A stretch of 64,000 nucleotides of DNA, taken from Lytechinus pictus (lineage: Eukaryota). The DNA is taken from the NCBI RefSeq assembly GCF_037042905.1, contig NC_087250.1, positions 15,440,001 to 15,504,000 of the forward strand. The letters are read 5' to 3'. Positions within the stretch are counted from its first letter, which is position 1; every line of letters begins with the position of its first letter. Positions 61,620-64,000 of this stretch are shown in pieces. The notes beneath the pieces are model-generated. The model saw nothing but the letters and a program-made list of their open reading frames with translations. It searched no databases and had not been told where the DNA came from. The position numbers were made by a program, and so were the translations under genes.

Positions 61620-61808
61620 CACCCGACAAAGGAATTGCTTAGTGAGGATGAAGTTCTGTTTATCTATTCGGCAATCTGATCGAGTCTAGTGGTTCAGGCA
61701 GCAGTGTGCTCTTCTGGGGCCGGGGTTCGATCCCGACAGGACATTTTCTTTCAACCTGCCAAAAGGCAGTATAGCTCTAGGGAACTGCGATTTGAGTCAC
61801 GCCTGCCG
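61620..61808 (+). mobile_element. Degenerate copy of the tRNA-containing repeat at 37300-37530
   Basis: CCCGACAAAGGAA, GTCTAGTGGTT, GGGGCCGGGGTTCGAT, ATAGCTCT.GGGAAC occur in the same order. Confidence 0.65.
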
Positions 61809-64000
61809 TTATTCTCTATTCCCATTTCCTGTTCAACACCTTTCAAGGAGATATTTATATAAGTTCACTTTACAATATTAACCAACAAATATCACTGCAT
61901 CATATGTATATAGCTTAGCAAGCTAGCTTCGGTGAAGATCTGTAATAAACAACATTATAAAAGAATGAATAAATTATCAATAAACCAACATAATATATAT
62001 ATAATGAATAAATAAATTAATCTTGAGAATCTAGTCTCGAAAAAAAAACCTATAAATTTTCAACTTTTATTCTTCAAATATTCATATTTATCGAGCACTC
62101 TTATAAAAGCGGAGATATCCCGGGCCAGATCGAGGCCATTCTCCGTAAAAAAAGTATTAAAAAAAAGAAAGAAGAAGACAAAAAAATGACCCCGGGTATG
62201 AGTTAAAGTGAAACCGTTTCTGGGTCATACAAAATTTTGAACAAACAAAGACACATCTAGGAAGTCTATTGTTGACTTTCACCAAAAGGGCACTGGTAAA
62301 CATGATTGACCTTTACGGCATTATCAGCCTGTCCAACAGCAAATGATATTAGATTCTTCAAAATTAACATAAAATTACTCATTATACAGCCATATATCAT
62401 TAAGGTTTACAAATATTTGATGTAGTTTGATAATTCTTATATGTATTTAGTTACGAAGTCCAATTGTAGTAATCATGGCCGTACGCATTTTTTTCCGGGG
62501 AGGGGGGGGGGGGTGAGACCGATAGACTGTTTCGAAAGAACACGAAAGCTAGCTAGGGACCGGAGCGACTGAGATTGTCATGGGATTGTTTTTGCATTTT
62601 CTAAATTGAAATCGAAGAATTTCGTGCACACATTGGTAAGTAAATTTTAAAAAAATCGGAAGGGGGAGGGGCAACTGCCCCTCGCTCCCACCCTTCCCCC
62701 GTGATGCGAACGACCATGCATGGCCATATTCATTGAAACCTTAATAAATCTCAAGTAGGTGATATCCCGGGGTTATTCCGGTTCATGATTATGGACCCCG
62801 CGCGGGAAAGCCAGGACAATATACCTTGCATGAGAGCAGTGAATGTCAACATATCGTAGGGCAAATTGCCATTTGGTCTTTACCCACTTTGTCTACATTC
62901 TCTTTGGTCTAGTCCTAGTTCGTCTACCGACCATTGCCATTTAGCCCAATTACCTTACCATTTCGTATTTTTTATCAGTTAGGTTAATACACATCTTTGA
63001 AAATATTCACTTGTTCTGATATCGCCCAGTCTATATGAGTAGATGACCTGTTAATATGAACTAAATTTGTAGCTCTTTGACAAAGTGAAAAATAATAAGC
63101 GCAGTGGCAAAATGAGCCAACACATTTTGAGGGGGCTCGATATGGCCTACCGCGTAAAATTAATAAGAAGTTGCCAGCGAGCGAAGCGAGCGAGCAAAAA
63201 CTTCGACATTGTTTATTACAAAAATCCAAGTTTGTGATAGATTTTGACATAATATTCGGAAAATAATATCATATTTTATCCTTATCCCCTTCCTTTTCTT
63301 TTCTTTCTTGGTCGTGAAGAAGCCCCCCCTATCTGCACGCCCATGAATAAGCGGACATTAATCCGTCTGGACATTTAGCATAAATGACCGCTATTCCAAG
63401 TGATGGTTGGACGAAATGGTAATTAGACCTGATAGTAGGAAAGGTTGATTTTAATACCGTTTTGACAAATAGAAAAAACCTTGTATTTCCTCAGAATAGT
63501 TACAATTAAGTGGACCTAACTTCTTTTGGAAATAAACTCTCAATAGATACAGTATATGAATTTTCACCGAACACACAATTTTCCCCTATAAGGCCTACAT
63601 GAAATCACATTTTGGAGCAATTATCCTTGAATTTCAATTCAAATTGAATTAAAAATGATATGACTTTCCAAATCTTAATCAAATAGATAACGTAAATGCA
63701 AGATGAATATTCATTGAGTTCATTGATAAGGGGGGAAAAGACCAAGCTGAAAGTACAACTTGTAAATAACGCCGATCTCAAAAAGATGGTCCTAACTGGA
63801 TATTGAAACAACATATAGATACTTGTGTCTGAAAAATAATGGATAAAAACGTGTTACTTCATAACTGCTATATAATACTCGAGTCTCGCAAATTCAAATT
63901 TGGTTTCATAAAGTGCGTAATACTTAAAACAGGAAATCACGAAAGGTTGCTTAATTTAGCCTTATATGATACAAAACAATTTAAGGGGTGTAAATTGGTT

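Overview
AT-rich, intron-rich animal genomic DNA. The MITE/SINE landscape and a SUEL-like lectin suggest an invertebrate deuterostome such as a sea urchin; this is inference. Three spliced genes can be reconstructed by hand with consistent reading-frame phases. (1) The 3' part of an ARHGAP39/Vilse-type MyTH4+RhoGAP gene on + (12 visible coding exons, 1195-24626, about 1085 codons; N-terminal WW exons presumably upstream). It contains a clear U12-type AT-AC minor-spliceosome intron (15870-17552) and degenerate tandem copies of its own exon ends. (2) A 3-exon, about 243-aa secreted protein on - (36738-42807): hydrophobic leader, SUEL/rhamnose-lectin-like Cys domain, PAN/Apple domain. (3) A divergently oriented 5-exon, about 218-aa membrane protein on + (47210-58260) with one Tie-like FN3 domain between two hydrophobic segments. 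The rest is dense with non-autonomous DNA transposons (Harbinger-, Kolobok-, CACTA-, hAT-, Tc1- and piggyBac-like, several nested), tRNA-derived SINEs, LINE remnants and simple repeats. One tRNA-like fold carries a UCA anticodon and lies near a Penelope-type hammerhead core. Most long ORFs in the supplied track are low-complexity artefacts.
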